A stretch of 64,000 nucleotides of DNA from Bacteroidales bacterium (GTDB lineage: Bacteria; Bacteroidota; Bacteroidia; Bacteroidales; UBA4417). The position numbers were made by a program, and so were the translations under genes. Where the stretch lies: the NCBI GenBank assembly GCA_963677975.1, contig OY782677.1, positions 710,774-774,773 on the forward strand. The letters run 5' to 3'. The notes below the pieces were generated by a model. The model was not told the origin of the DNA and ran no database searches. It saw only the letters and a program-made list of their open reading frames with translations. Positions 1 to 9,178 of this stretch are shown piece after piece (within the stretch, counting starts at the first letter, position 1; every line of letters begins with the position of its first letter).

Positions 1-451
1 AATTCCCCGTACCTGCCGAAAACGAGCTTATAATCTTATCTTTCCCCAGTGATATGCCGAATTCAGGATACAAATAAAAAGGCGCTGAAACAGCAGGGAT
101 GGAATATCCCATTCCAAACTGAAATCCTCCCGAACGAAAATCAAAACTCCGGATACTGCCATCGTCGAACTTAACTTCGGCTGACGAACGAAGTGTGTTA
201 TACTCAAAAGGGATTAACAAATGATCGGCAAGTACAGCCCTGATCCCGATCCCATATCCGATTCCAGGTTTGGTCCCTGAAGGTTTTTCGGAAATATACT
301 GGCTGTTATACGAGCTGTAGCTGTCCAGAAACCTGGAAAATGACCCGGAGTTTGTTTTGGCAAAAGTTAGAATTGGGTAAATTGAAATTGAATTTTGAGC
401 GGCAGCTCCCAGGCTGAACAGGATAAGGAGAGAGAGTAAATTTTTTTTCAT
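1..451 (-). CDS. Secreted, probable outer-membrane beta-barrel protein (runs off the window start)
   Basis: Not in the ORF track. Hand translation from ATG at 451 gives MKKNLLSLLILFSLGAAAQNSISIYP...GIGYGIGIRAV...GFQFGMGYSIP...LYPEFGISLG, open to base 1. It has a Sec signal peptide ending AAA-Q and alternating amphipathic beta-strand patterns. Confidence 0.7.
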   Translation of the reverse strand, partial: MKKNLLSLLILFSLGAAAQNSISIYPILTFAKTNSGSFSRFLDSYSSYNSQYISEKPSGTKPGIGYGIGIRAVLADHLLIPFEYNTLRSSAEVKFDDGSIRSFDFRSGGFQFGMGYSIPAVSAPFYLYPEFGISLGKDKIISSFSAGTGN

Positions 452-611
452 TTGCAGAAAGGTTAATTACACAAAAACAATTAACAACAATCCGGTGCAA
501 AAGGTTTGATTTTATAAAAAAATCCGGGAACAAGTTTACAAAACCCTCGTTCCCGGACCGTAATATGATAAAAAATAAAGTTAAATCCGGTCAAGCCGGG
601 TGAATGAAGTA

Positions 612-1631
612 TTATATGTATTTTGCAAGTAACTCAATTGCTTCGTCCGAATCTTTCTCCTCGGTTAAATCGAACACAGAAACTGATTTCCCGTCGACCG
701 GAATATTACTGTTTGATGTAACGGCTTCAAGCTGTTGAGCATTCAAACTGTTTAACAGCATTTTGCCGAACGAAAAATCACTGATCTGCATTATGCGTGA
801 AGTATCTGAGAAATCGGAATTGTAACGGATAAGTTCAACCAATGCTTCAACCGGGCCGGCCGACAGGTGAACACCGTTAAGTCCCTGCGAAACTTCATCG
901 AGGCCGAGTTCATCCTTATGGTTGAGCAGTTCGCGGCGTATGCTTCCTTCTGCGGCATTCTGAGGTGCTGTGGAACCTATAAATTCGGTTCGTGCCGAAG
1001 CCCATGATACATCGCCGGAAATAGTCATTACAACTATTGAGCGTCCTGCTGCAGTAAATTGCTCAAGCTGGCGCGGGTGAAAACCATTAACTAGGTAAAC
1101 CTTCTCACTGTCGATTTTTATTTCCATCGAATAGGTGCCGCCAGCTAATTTATCACAGTTTTTATTCTGCCAGAAAAAGTCGAGTGATGTTGCATTAAAA
1201 TCGGGGTACAGCTTCAGAAATTCGATGCCTCCCAGCACTTTAACCTCATCAACTGATTTGCCATATAAAGACTTGAATTTCTCTTTTGCCAATTCCGACA
1301 TGTTCGCAGCGGCATCCGAAGCAATTTTATTAATAACGCCGTAATGCTGGGCAATGATATTGTATTTTTCGAGGTATCCGGCCGATAAAATCTTAACGTT
1401 CCGGATTGTAAATCCAAAAGCTTCAACTTTCCCCAGTACCAGGTTCAAGATTAAATCGAGCTTTATTTTGGGTGATTCAATTGTAATTTCGGGTTTTATA
1501 AAGAATAGAAATTCATTTTTGCCTGCAGTTGAAAGCGGGTTCGAATAAATCTCTTCAAAAAAAACATTTCCGTTTTGGGCCTTCTTTATGCTTTCGGATA
1601 TGGTTGATAACAGGTTATGCTTTGATTCCAT
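612..1631 (-). CDS. Long-form nucleoside-diphosphate-kinase-like protein
   Basis: NDK-like motifs FFIKPE, IGSTAPQNAAEGSIR and NGVHLSAG (cf. NxxHGSD). At 339 aa it is far longer than canonical NDK. A TATCTTTG -7 box lies upstream at 1662-1669 (minus). Confidence 0.65.
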   Translation of the reverse strand: MESKHNLLSTISESIKKAQNGNVFFEEIYSNPLSTAGKNEFLFFIKPEITIESPKIKLDLILNLVLGKVEAFGFTIRNVKILSAGYLEKYNIIAQHYGVINKIASDAAANMSELAKEKFKSLYGKSVDEVKVLGGIEFLKLYPDFNATSLDFFWQNKNCDKLAGGTYSMEIKIDSEKVYLVNGFHPRQLEQFTAAGRSIVVMTISGDVSWASARTEFIGSTAPQNAAEGSIRRELLNHKDELGLDEVSQGLNGVHLSAGPVEALVELIRYNSDFSDTSRIMQISDFSFGKMLLNSLNAQQLEAVTSNSNIPVDGKSVSVFDLTEEKDSDEAIELLAKYI

Positions 1632-1926
1632 ATTTTTTTTTGTGAATTAAAATTTAGTCGGCAAAGATAGAATATAATGGCCATTTGCGCTGCTAATTAT
1701 TTCGGGTTATAGCCGGTCGGTATAAATGTATGTCGCATAAAAAAAATGAAACCGCTATTAGCAAGTTGTATAATCCTTACAGGAAAGGTATTAGAGAGGT
1801 GAATTTCAGATAACAGTTTCTTTCTAAAGTATGTAACTTTGTAATGGTTTTCAGGTTCTATTACACAATTTCGCTCAGAAAAAATAACCACAAACCACAT
1901 AAACAGGAACAATAATTTCTTTATCC

Positions 1927-2193
1927 ATGTCTAACGAAGATAATAACCAGGCACTGTACGAAGTTTTCGAAGGATCAGCCTGGGAAGCCGGCTTGTTGAA
2001 AAGCATCCTCGAAGATAACAGTATCTATACAATACTTACACAAGCCTACTCGCTCCCCTGGAACACCCTCCCCACAAAAGGCTCTGCAGCAAAACTGTTT
2101 GTTGCTCTTGAAAACCTCGGACAAGCCAGGGTAATTGTTGCTGAATTTTACAAGAATATGCAAAAGGGGGATACCGAAGAGCCCGAAGAATAA
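1927..2193 (+). CDS. DUF2007-family putative signal-transducing protein
   Basis: Pattern EVFEGSAWEAGLLKSILEDNSI...KLFV...ARVIV is typical of DUF2007. TAACTTTG box at 1834-1841. Confidence 0.7.
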   Translation: MSNEDNNQALYEVFEGSAWEAGLLKSILEDNSIYTILTQAYSLPWNTLPTKGSAAKLFVALENLGQARVIVAEFYKNMQKGDTEEPEE

Positions 2194-2229
2194 CAAACAC
2201 AGTGAATTCAACAGTTGTCCCGGGTTTGT

Positions 2230-5200
2230 TTACCGCGGGAGTAAGCGGTTTATAAGTTCCATGAGTTCATAGCGGTTGATGGGTTTTGAAATATAAGCAT
2301 TACAACCTGCCTGCAGGCTTATATCCCTGTCTGATTCGTAAGCACTGGCAGTTTGAGCAATAATGGGGAGATCAGGGTGCGATTGCCGGATGATTTTTAT
2401 TGCCTCATACCCTCCCATTCTGGGCATGTTTAAATCCATTAAAATCAAATCTACCGGTGTAGTACTGACAATTTCAGTTACCTCAATACCATCTGCAGCA
2501 TGTAGTACAACCGCACCTCTTTTCAGGAGCATAGATTCCAGCAGTTTGAAATTCATTATTTCATCCTCTGCAACGAGGATTCGCTTATTCAGCAAAAAGT
2601 CATTCTTTAAAACATCAATGCCCCTGTTGGGTTTGTCCCCTGCTTCATTTTCATTATAAGGATGTGTAAAATAAAAAACGGAACCAATTCCAGGTTCGGA
2701 GTCCACCCAGATTTCACCACCGAAAAGATCAACCAGGTCCTTGCAGATACTTAACCCCAATCCGGTGCCACGGTATATTTTATCCATTGATTCTGATACT
2801 CTGGAGAATCGCATAAAGAGCTGGCTGCATTGTTTCTCAGTAAGCCCTATTCCGGTATCCCTGACATGAAATCGCAGAAACTGCTTGCCTTCTTCATCAA
2901 GAAGTTCATAGCCAAAACTCACCGAGCCTTTTTCAGTAAATTTAATTGCATTATCAAGTAAATTGGTGAGAACCTGGGTTAATCGAATAGGGTCGGTATA
3001 TAGGAATATCCCGCGGTGAGCAGGATCACTTTCCAGGGTCAGTGTGATTTCCGTATTTTTTAAAATTATAAGCTTTTTCTGAAAAACATCGTATAACTCG
3101 GATAATTGCTTGTCGATATTGCAGTTAAGTTTACTGAGTTTAAGTTTGCCTGATTCAATGAGTGAAATATTCAGGATATCATCGATCAGGCTCAACAAGG
3201 TATTCCCACTGTTAGAAATGTATTGAGCATATTCGATTTTTTGTTCATTCGTGGTCTCCTGATCAACCAATAAGCTCGAAAACCCAACAATAACATTCAT
3301 GGGAGTGCGGATCTCGTGCGACATATTGGCAAGGAAGGATGATTTCATCTTATCGGATTCTTCCGCTTTTTTCTTTGCAATTTCGAGTTCTGCTGTACGT
3401 TCATGCACAAGTTGCTCGAGGCCGGTGCGGTGTTTTATGAGTTCAATGTTCTGTTCTTCGATAAGCGTTTTCTGTCGTAACACATAATCGCGCTGTGCAA
3501 GGATTTCTTTATTCTGCTGATGGATTTCCGAGGTAATTTCTTTCACTTTTTCGGCCAGTTTCCGCTGGTTGTTCCGCAGGTTGCTTTCGCGAAGTTTGAT
3601 AATCAGTATGATGAGCCCGATTGTAAGGCTAAGCATCAGAGTATAAAACCAGCGTGTTTTCCAGTAGGGAGGTGTAATAACCAGTGTAAGAAGGGTAGGG
3701 GTCTCGTTCCATATCCCGTCAGAGTTGGCTCCTTTAACCTTGAAAAGATATTTCCCGGGAGGCAGGTTTGAGTATTTCACAATATTGCTACCGGAATTGT
3801 TCCACTGATTATCATAGCCCTCAAGTATATATGTGTATTGTGTGTTAACGGAGTTGGAAAAGAGAAAAGAACTGAAGACAAAAGTGACAGAGGATTGATT
3901 ATGGTTCAGGGTGATGACTTCCTTATCAGTAAACGGGAGTTTGAGAGATAATTCGGGATTGTATCTTACTGACTGATCAAAAATCCGGAAATCAATTATC
4001 CTGACTTTTGGGATATAGGATCGTTCTGTAATATCTTCTGGAGTAAAATAGGTTAGCCCGGAAGAGCCACCAAAAAATAAAGTTCCCGAACTTCCTTTGA
4101 AAACAGAGCATTTCGTATATTCAAGCTGTGGCAATCCATTTGTAATATTATAATTTTTAAAGTGCCCGGTTACCGGGTTGAACCTGCTTATCCCAAGGTT
4201 GGTGCTTATCCAGATATTGTGTTTTGAATCTTCACGAATTGCATTAACCTGGTTGCTTGGCAAACCATCCAATTGTGTAAAATGCAAAAATTTTCCTGTT
4301 CGGGTATTCAGCCGGTTCAACCCTCCGTAATAGGTCCCTACCCAAAGTGTGCTGTCGTTACTTTGGTAAAGCGATTCAACAAAAATATCATTCAGCGAAG
4401 TAATATCTGATTTGTTTACTTGGTACCTTGTAAACCTATTGTTTTTTATATCATATTTATTTAACCCGCTCCCCGAAAGAGCTATCCATAAATTATTGTC
4501 ATTATCAACAATCAGATCATTTATCTTGTTACCGGATATGGAGTTGGGGTTGGCAGGGTCATGCTGGTAACGTGTAAACCGGCCTGTCGATTTGTTTAAA
4601 CTACAAAGCCCTTCGTATCCGGTTCCAATCCATAGTATCCCATTTTTGTCCTGAGTAATGGCCTCGACAGAATTATCGCTTATGGATGTATTATTGGAAG
4701 GTTCACACGCAAAATACCTGAATGTGGATGAATTTTTAGGCAGCATATTTAACCCTCCATCAGATGTTCCAATCCATAGATCTTCGTCTCTGTCGACGAA
4801 TAAAATATACACATTATTATCTTTAAGCGATTTATTCCCCTGGTTCGACGGGTACTTATAGAACGTTTCGGTTGTTTTGTTGTACTTCAGAAGCCCATCG
4901 CCTGTGCCGATCCAGATGTCGGGTCCGTTTTCGCAGACAGAGTTAACTTTATTTGTCCTTATATTAGTACTGTCCGAACTATTGATTTTCAGAAGATTAA
5001 AATTGCTTTCAACAAGGATGTTAACCCCATAACTTGTAGTCCCAACCCAGATTAATCCCGTGCGGTCCTCATATAAACATAAGATATCGTTGCCGCTCAG
5101 GCTTCCCGAACTGTTGTCAGTATGAAAATAGTGAGAAGTTTTCCCGGTTTGGGGATCCAGGAGGAATACGCCCCTTGTTTCAGTGCCCATCCAGATGCGG

Positions 5201-6090
5201 TTTTTGGAATCGACCAAAAGGGTTTGCAGGGTATTGTCAGCCTTTAAATTATTGCTTTTTGTCCTGTTAAGGTATGGTGTAAATGTATTGGTGCTAATGT
5301 CGAGGCTGTTCAGCCCGTCGTGCGTGGCTATCCAGATTCTGTTCTCATCCAGTATGTCTTGTTTAATAAACCATATTTCATCGCCCAGGATAGTGGATTT
5401 GTCCCTGGGGTTGTGCTTAAAATGTTTGAAATCACCGGTTTTGTTATCGAAAAGATCGAGCCCGCCCCCATTGGTTCCAACCCAGAGCCTTTGTTTGCTG
5501 TCGAAGAACAGTTCATATACGGTATTGTCCGACAATGAATTTGGGTTGGAAGGGTCATTCCGGTAGGTTCTGAAATTTTTACGCGAAGCATCAAGAACGC
5601 TTATGCCATTATCAGTGCCAATCCAGATGTTCGAATACCGGTCCTCGGTAATTGTGAAGATTTCATCGCAGCAAAAACTATTCGAACTTTTGCAATTGTG
5701 ACTGAATTTTTTAAATTTCCCTGTTTTTTTATCAAAGCAGTTTAACTCGCCTTCAGCAGTGCCAATCCAGATTAGTCCTTTGGAATCGAGGTACAAATAG
5801 TTAATCCATGTATCGGAGATTGAAGTGCTGTCGAATAAATCAGGATAATAAACTTTAAAAGAGTAACCATCGTAACAATTCAACCCCTCCTTGGTTCCAA
5901 GCCAGATGTACCCCTCGTTGTCCTGGATTATCGAAAAAACAGTATTATTTGAAAGGCCATCCTCATTTTTCAACTTGTTGATACGGATGCTTTTTTGACT
6001 AAAACCCTCAACCGGCAACACAAGCAGGCAAATAAAAAACAATACCAGGTATTTGCAGAAATAATTCCGAGTGCGAGGGCAGCGTTTCAT
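2230..6090 (-). CDS. Hybrid sensor histidine kinase/response regulator with periplasmic beta-propeller (Reg_prop) and Y_Y_Y domain
   Basis: Signal peptide, many D..G.IWIGT..GL repeats, YSNLPPGKYLFKVKG, PPYWKT plus TM helix, H-box FLANMSHEIRTP, N/G boxes (NLLDNAIKFT, DTGIG, GTGLGL) and a C-terminal REC domain (VAED, LMDLNMP, KP). No AraC domain. Confidence 0.95.
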   Translation of the reverse strand: MKRCPRTRNYFCKYLVLFFICLLVLPVEGFSQKSIRINKLKNEDGLSNNTVFSIIQDNEGYIWLGTKEGLNCYDGYSFKVYYPDLFDSTSISDTWINYLYLDSKGLIWIGTAEGELNCFDKKTGKFKKFSHNCKSSNSFCCDEIFTITEDRYSNIWIGTDNGISVLDASRKNFRTYRNDPSNPNSLSDNTVYELFFDSKQRLWVGTNGGGLDLFDNKTGDFKHFKHNPRDKSTILGDEIWFIKQDILDENRIWIATHDGLNSLDISTNTFTPYLNRTKSNNLKADNTLQTLLVDSKNRIWMGTETRGVFLLDPQTGKTSHYFHTDNSSGSLSGNDILCLYEDRTGLIWVGTTSYGVNILVESNFNLLKINSSDSTNIRTNKVNSVCENGPDIWIGTGDGLLKYNKTTETFYKYPSNQGNKSLKDNNVYILFVDRDEDLWIGTSDGGLNMLPKNSSTFRYFACEPSNNTSISDNSVEAITQDKNGILWIGTGYEGLCSLNKSTGRFTRYQHDPANPNSISGNKINDLIVDNDNNLWIALSGSGLNKYDIKNNRFTRYQVNKSDITSLNDIFVESLYQSNDSTLWVGTYYGGLNRLNTRTGKFLHFTQLDGLPSNQVNAIREDSKHNIWISTNLGISRFNPVTGHFKNYNITNGLPQLEYTKCSVFKGSSGTLFFGGSSGLTYFTPEDITERSYIPKVRIIDFRIFDQSVRYNPELSLKLPFTDKEVITLNHNQSSVTFVFSSFLFSNSVNTQYTYILEGYDNQWNNSGSNIVKYSNLPPGKYLFKVKGANSDGIWNETPTLLTLVITPPYWKTRWFYTLMLSLTIGLIILIIKLRESNLRNNQRKLAEKVKEITSEIHQQNKEILAQRDYVLRQKTLIEEQNIELIKHRTGLEQLVHERTAELEIAKKKAEESDKMKSSFLANMSHEIRTPMNVIVGFSSLLVDQETTNEQKIEYAQYISNSGNTLLSLIDDILNISLIESGKLKLSKLNCNIDKQLSELYDVFQKKLIILKNTEITLTLESDPAHRGIFLYTDPIRLTQVLTNLLDNAIKFTEKGSVSFGYELLDEEGKQFLRFHVRDTGIGLTEKQCSQLFMRFSRVSESMDKIYRGTGLGLSICKDLVDLFGGEIWVDSEPGIGSVFYFTHPYNENEAGDKPNRGIDVLKNDFLLNKRILVAEDEIMNFKLLESMLLKRGAVVLHAADGIEVTEIVSTTPVDLILMDLNMPRMGGYEAIKIIRQSHPDLPIIAQTASAYESDRDISLQAGCNAYISKPINRYELMELINRLLPR

Positions 6091-6621
6091 AGATAGAGAA
6101 GAAAAATCCGAGATCAGAATACTCTATTTAATACCAAAGTTATTAAATCATTTAATGTTATTGACAAACAGTACAATAAAGTTTAATGCCAGAATCTTTT
6201 AATCCGGTAGATGAAAAGCTATGGTAGAATTCAATATCTGGAATTGATGAAGCACTTTTCATTTACCTGTAGGAAAGTTGGCCTGCTAAGAATTAACAGA
6301 TTAAACATAATTGATCATGCGGTAAGCAAACATTTAAACCTTGTTAAAACTGTGTTTTGTTAACAGTCGTTTAACTGCGTGCTCCGTAAAAACAAGTAAC
6401 TTTGTTGAAATTCCCTGCTTCGCGTTTTCTATAGCGCCAGGGAAGAAATAAAATGAATCAGCTATTATTAATAGAATGGTTTCCTATTGCGATGTAAAAC
6501 GATGATATTGGCCAGGCCCGATACGATGTTTTTAAAGTTTCGGCTTTAAGTCAATAAATTTGATCTTCAAGGGGAAAATATGCCTACAATCCGTATCTAA
6601 ATTGTTTTAAAACAAAAACTC

Positions 6622-7647
6622 ATGAAATACAACCAACTTGGAAAAACCGGAGTACTGGTTTCGGAATTGTGCCTTGGAACTATGACTTTCGGTGGCAAAG
6701 GATACTGGAAAGCCATTGGCGAACTTCCACAGGATGAAGTAAACCAGATTACTAAAACGGCCATCGAAAAGGGTATAAATTTTATCGACACTGCCAATGC
6801 CTATTCCGAGGGATTGTCGGAAATCATGCTGGGGAAAGCACTCAGCAGCCTTGGAATAGCCAGGCCTCAGGTAGTAATTGCTACTAAATTACGCATACGC
6901 ATGGGTAGCGGGGCCAACCAGGTAGGCCTTTCGAGGCTGCATATTGCCGATTCGGTCGACGACAGCCTGAAACGTCTCGGACTTGCGCATATCGACCTGC
7001 TTTATATTCATGGTGTAGATACGCTAACACCACTTGAAGAAACCATGCGCGGCCTCGAGGATGTTGTTCGTTCGGGTAAAGTCCGGTACCTGGGCATAAG
7101 CAACCACCCGGCATGGATGGTGGCAAAAGCAAACGGCATTGCCGATAAAATGGGCTGGACTCAATTTGTAGCCCTGCAAAACTTTTACAGCATTGCCGCA
7201 CGCGATGTGGAGCGCGAACTGGTGCCGCTTGCACTTAGCGAAGGACTTGCCCTTATGCCATGGAGCCCGCTGGCCGGCGGCTTTTTATCAGGTAAATTTA
7301 CCCGCAACAACGAGGTAGCCGGCGGCAGCCGCAGGGATACATTTGATTTCCCGCCGCTAAACAAAGAAAAAGCATACGATATTATTGATGTGCTTTTGCA
7401 GATAGGAGCTGATCACAGCGTTTCGGCAGCACAGGTTGCCCTGGCTTATATCCTTAAAAAGCCTGCTGTAACAAGCATCATTATCGGCGCTAAAAAGCAG
7501 GAACAGTTACTGGATAATATTGCTGCAACCCAACTTGAACTTTCGGCAGAGGAGATGAATAAACTGGATACGATCAGTGCTTTGACGCCCGAATATCCCG
7601 GGTGGATGCTCGAACGGCAGTCGCAGGGCCGTATGCCCCAGGAATAA
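6622..7647 (+). CDS. Aldo/keto reductase
   Basis: LGKTGVLVSELCLGTMTFG, INFIDTANAY, IATK, IDLLYIH, WSPLAGGFLSGK. Confidence 0.95.
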   Translation: MKYNQLGKTGVLVSELCLGTMTFGGKGYWKAIGELPQDEVNQITKTAIEKGINFIDTANAYSEGLSEIMLGKALSSLGIARPQVVIATKLRIRMGSGANQVGLSRLHIADSVDDSLKRLGLAHIDLLYIHGVDTLTPLEETMRGLEDVVRSGKVRYLGISNHPAWMVAKANGIADKMGWTQFVALQNFYSIAARDVERELVPLALSEGLALMPWSPLAGGFLSGKFTRNNEVAGGSRRDTFDFPPLNKEKAYDIIDVLLQIGADHSVSAAQVALAYILKKPAVTSIIIGAKKQEQLLDNIAATQLELSAEEMNKLDTISALTPEYPGWMLERQSQGRMPQE

Positions 7648-7656
7648 AAAGTTGAA

Positions 7657-7922
7657 TTAAAGCTTTTTCCTGTAGCTATTTGCACCGAAAACAATAATTG
7701 TAATAACATCTGCAATCAGCCAGGCAAACAGCAGCATGCAGGCCAGCAGGCTGAAGCTGAAATCGGTATCGAATTGGAATTGCTGCTGTTGGAATTTCCA
7801 TATCCCTTCTTCTTTTACCGTTACCGCTGTTAAATGCAAAGGCAAAACCAGCAGAGGCGAGAGGTCGGATTTTGCATATCCTTTCAGAGCAAACCAGGCG
7901 GGATTCTCGGTCGATGAAATTT
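7657..7922 (-). pseudogene. 5'-truncated gene remnant, resembling the C-terminus of a SnoaL/NTF2-like membrane-anchored protein
   Basis: Open frame KISSTENPAWFALKGYAKSDLSPLLVLPLHLTAVTVKEEGIWKFQQQQFQFD plus a TM helix. It is preceded directly by an in-frame TAA and has no convincing start codon. LTAV..KE.G.WKF...F is the last strand of NTF2-fold proteins. Confidence 0.45.
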
Positions 7923-7946
7923 TTTAACGTTATTGGTTTTCTGGTA

Positions 7947-8114
7947 GTTGCTGAAGGCTTGTTGTAAGTTGCGGAAGGTTTATTGAAACATTCGGAAGGA
8001 TTATTGAAGCCTGCGGAAGTATTTTTTATAGTTGCGGTTTGCTTTACAGGATCAGCGGCAGGGGATATTAAAACTGCAGTTGCTTTTTAGGCAACTGCAG
8101 CAGTGGAATTAATA
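7947..8114. repeat. Degenerate 21-bp tandem array, 8 units
   Basis: Units start at 7947, 7968, 7989, 8010, 8031, 8052, 8073 and 8094, e.g. GTTGCTGAAGGCTTGTTGTAA / GTTGCGGAAGGTTTATTGAAA / CATTCGGAAGGATTATTGAAG / CCTGCGGAAGTATTTTTTATA. The last two units also form the hairpin CTGCAGTTGC-N7-GCAACTGCAG. Confidence 0.7.
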
Positions 8115-8136
8115 AATAAAGCATGCTTTTTACAAA

Positions 8137-8883
8137 TCAGGCCTTCGCGTTTTTAAAAGCCAGTTTTGCTACTTGTTTGTACTGCGGGCTTCCGGCACCA
8201 AAAACGGATTTAATATAGGTTTTTGAGTCCATGGCAATATCAAAAAGCCCGGTTTTAGGGGCATAGAGTATGGCATCGCGCGCGATGCGGGCATTGTTCA
8301 GGGGTGTAACAGCGGCGAGTACGGCTTCGTTTTTTGTAAGCAGGGTGTTGTACGTTTCGCGAAGTGTGCCGACCTGCAGATCGGTTTCATTGGGCGCATA
8401 CGTAGTAATTCCCGCCAGCAGCTGAATCAGTTTGTCGAAATTGTCCAGACGGTTGTTGTAACTCATCTGCGAGGCAGAAATTTCCTTTGTTTCCTTTCCT
8501 GCTGCGGCAAGCGCCGATTTTTGCTCTTCGGTCTTTTTGGGGGTTGCCCTTGTACCCTGGATTTTGCGTACTATAGTTTTTGCATTATCAACAACCTGAG
8601 TGGCGGTGTCGGATGCTTTTAGCGAGTTGAGTATACGTGTAGTTAGTTTGCTGAGTGGTGCAATGGCAACCTCCCTGTCGGCAACAGCATTGCTGTAAGC
8701 GGGAAGCAGGGCATTAATGTCGCGGAGTGCCGATTTGGCCAGGTTCGAAAGTTTTTGCATTTCCACTACCTGTATCGACACTTTGGATGGGTTGTAAGCA
8801 GATCCAAAGCCTGTTGCGGCAGCGATGATTTCATCGAAATTGGCTACATTTCTGGCATTTCCGGTTTCAGAAGTAGTTTTCAT
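8137..8883 (-). CDS. Conserved Bacteroidota hypothetical protein (alpha-helical, 'SETG.A.NVANF' family)
   Basis: 248-aa ORF with the recognisable motifs SETGNARNVANF, YNPS, ISASQMSYNNRLDNF, YAPNE and YIKSVFG..SPQYKQV. Function unknown. Confidence 0.8.
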   Translation of the reverse strand: MKTTSETGNARNVANFDEIIAAATGFGSAYNPSKVSIQVVEMQKLSNLAKSALRDINALLPAYSNAVADREVAIAPLSKLTTRILNSLKASDTATQVVDNAKTIVRKIQGTRATPKKTEEQKSALAAAGKETKEISASQMSYNNRLDNFDKLIQLLAGITTYAPNETDLQVGTLRETYNTLLTKNEAVLAAVTPLNNARIARDAILYAPKTGLFDIAMDSKTYIKSVFGAGSPQYKQVAKLAFKNAKA

Positions 8884-9178
8884 AATAACTGAAGTTTAAT
8901 GAATGAATAAGGTTATGATTTAAAAAACATATTAAAGATAAGTAATTATATAGCGGATTAAAAAAATAATTATTAACAAATTTTAAACCACCAAAAACAT
9001 ACGATGTATTCAGCGCCAGCACTTTATCCTATGTTTACCAATACACATTACCCAATTAATAAATCATATAGTTGCATATTCTTTTTGTACTTTGGTACTC
9101 TTCTTACTATTCAGCATTACCCGAAAAAGATTTCATATAATTAAACGATATTTGCATAAATATCATTAAAAAGCAAGC

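Noticed and set aside
2230-6090. Classical Bacteroides HTCS sugar regulator marking a PUL
   Set aside because: It has no C-terminal AraC domain and no adjacent susC/susD genes, so it is treated as an ordinary hybrid kinase.
7947-8114. Possible CRISPR array
   Set aside because: The units are contiguous degenerate 21-mers with no constant repeat/unique spacer alternation, and no cas genes are present.
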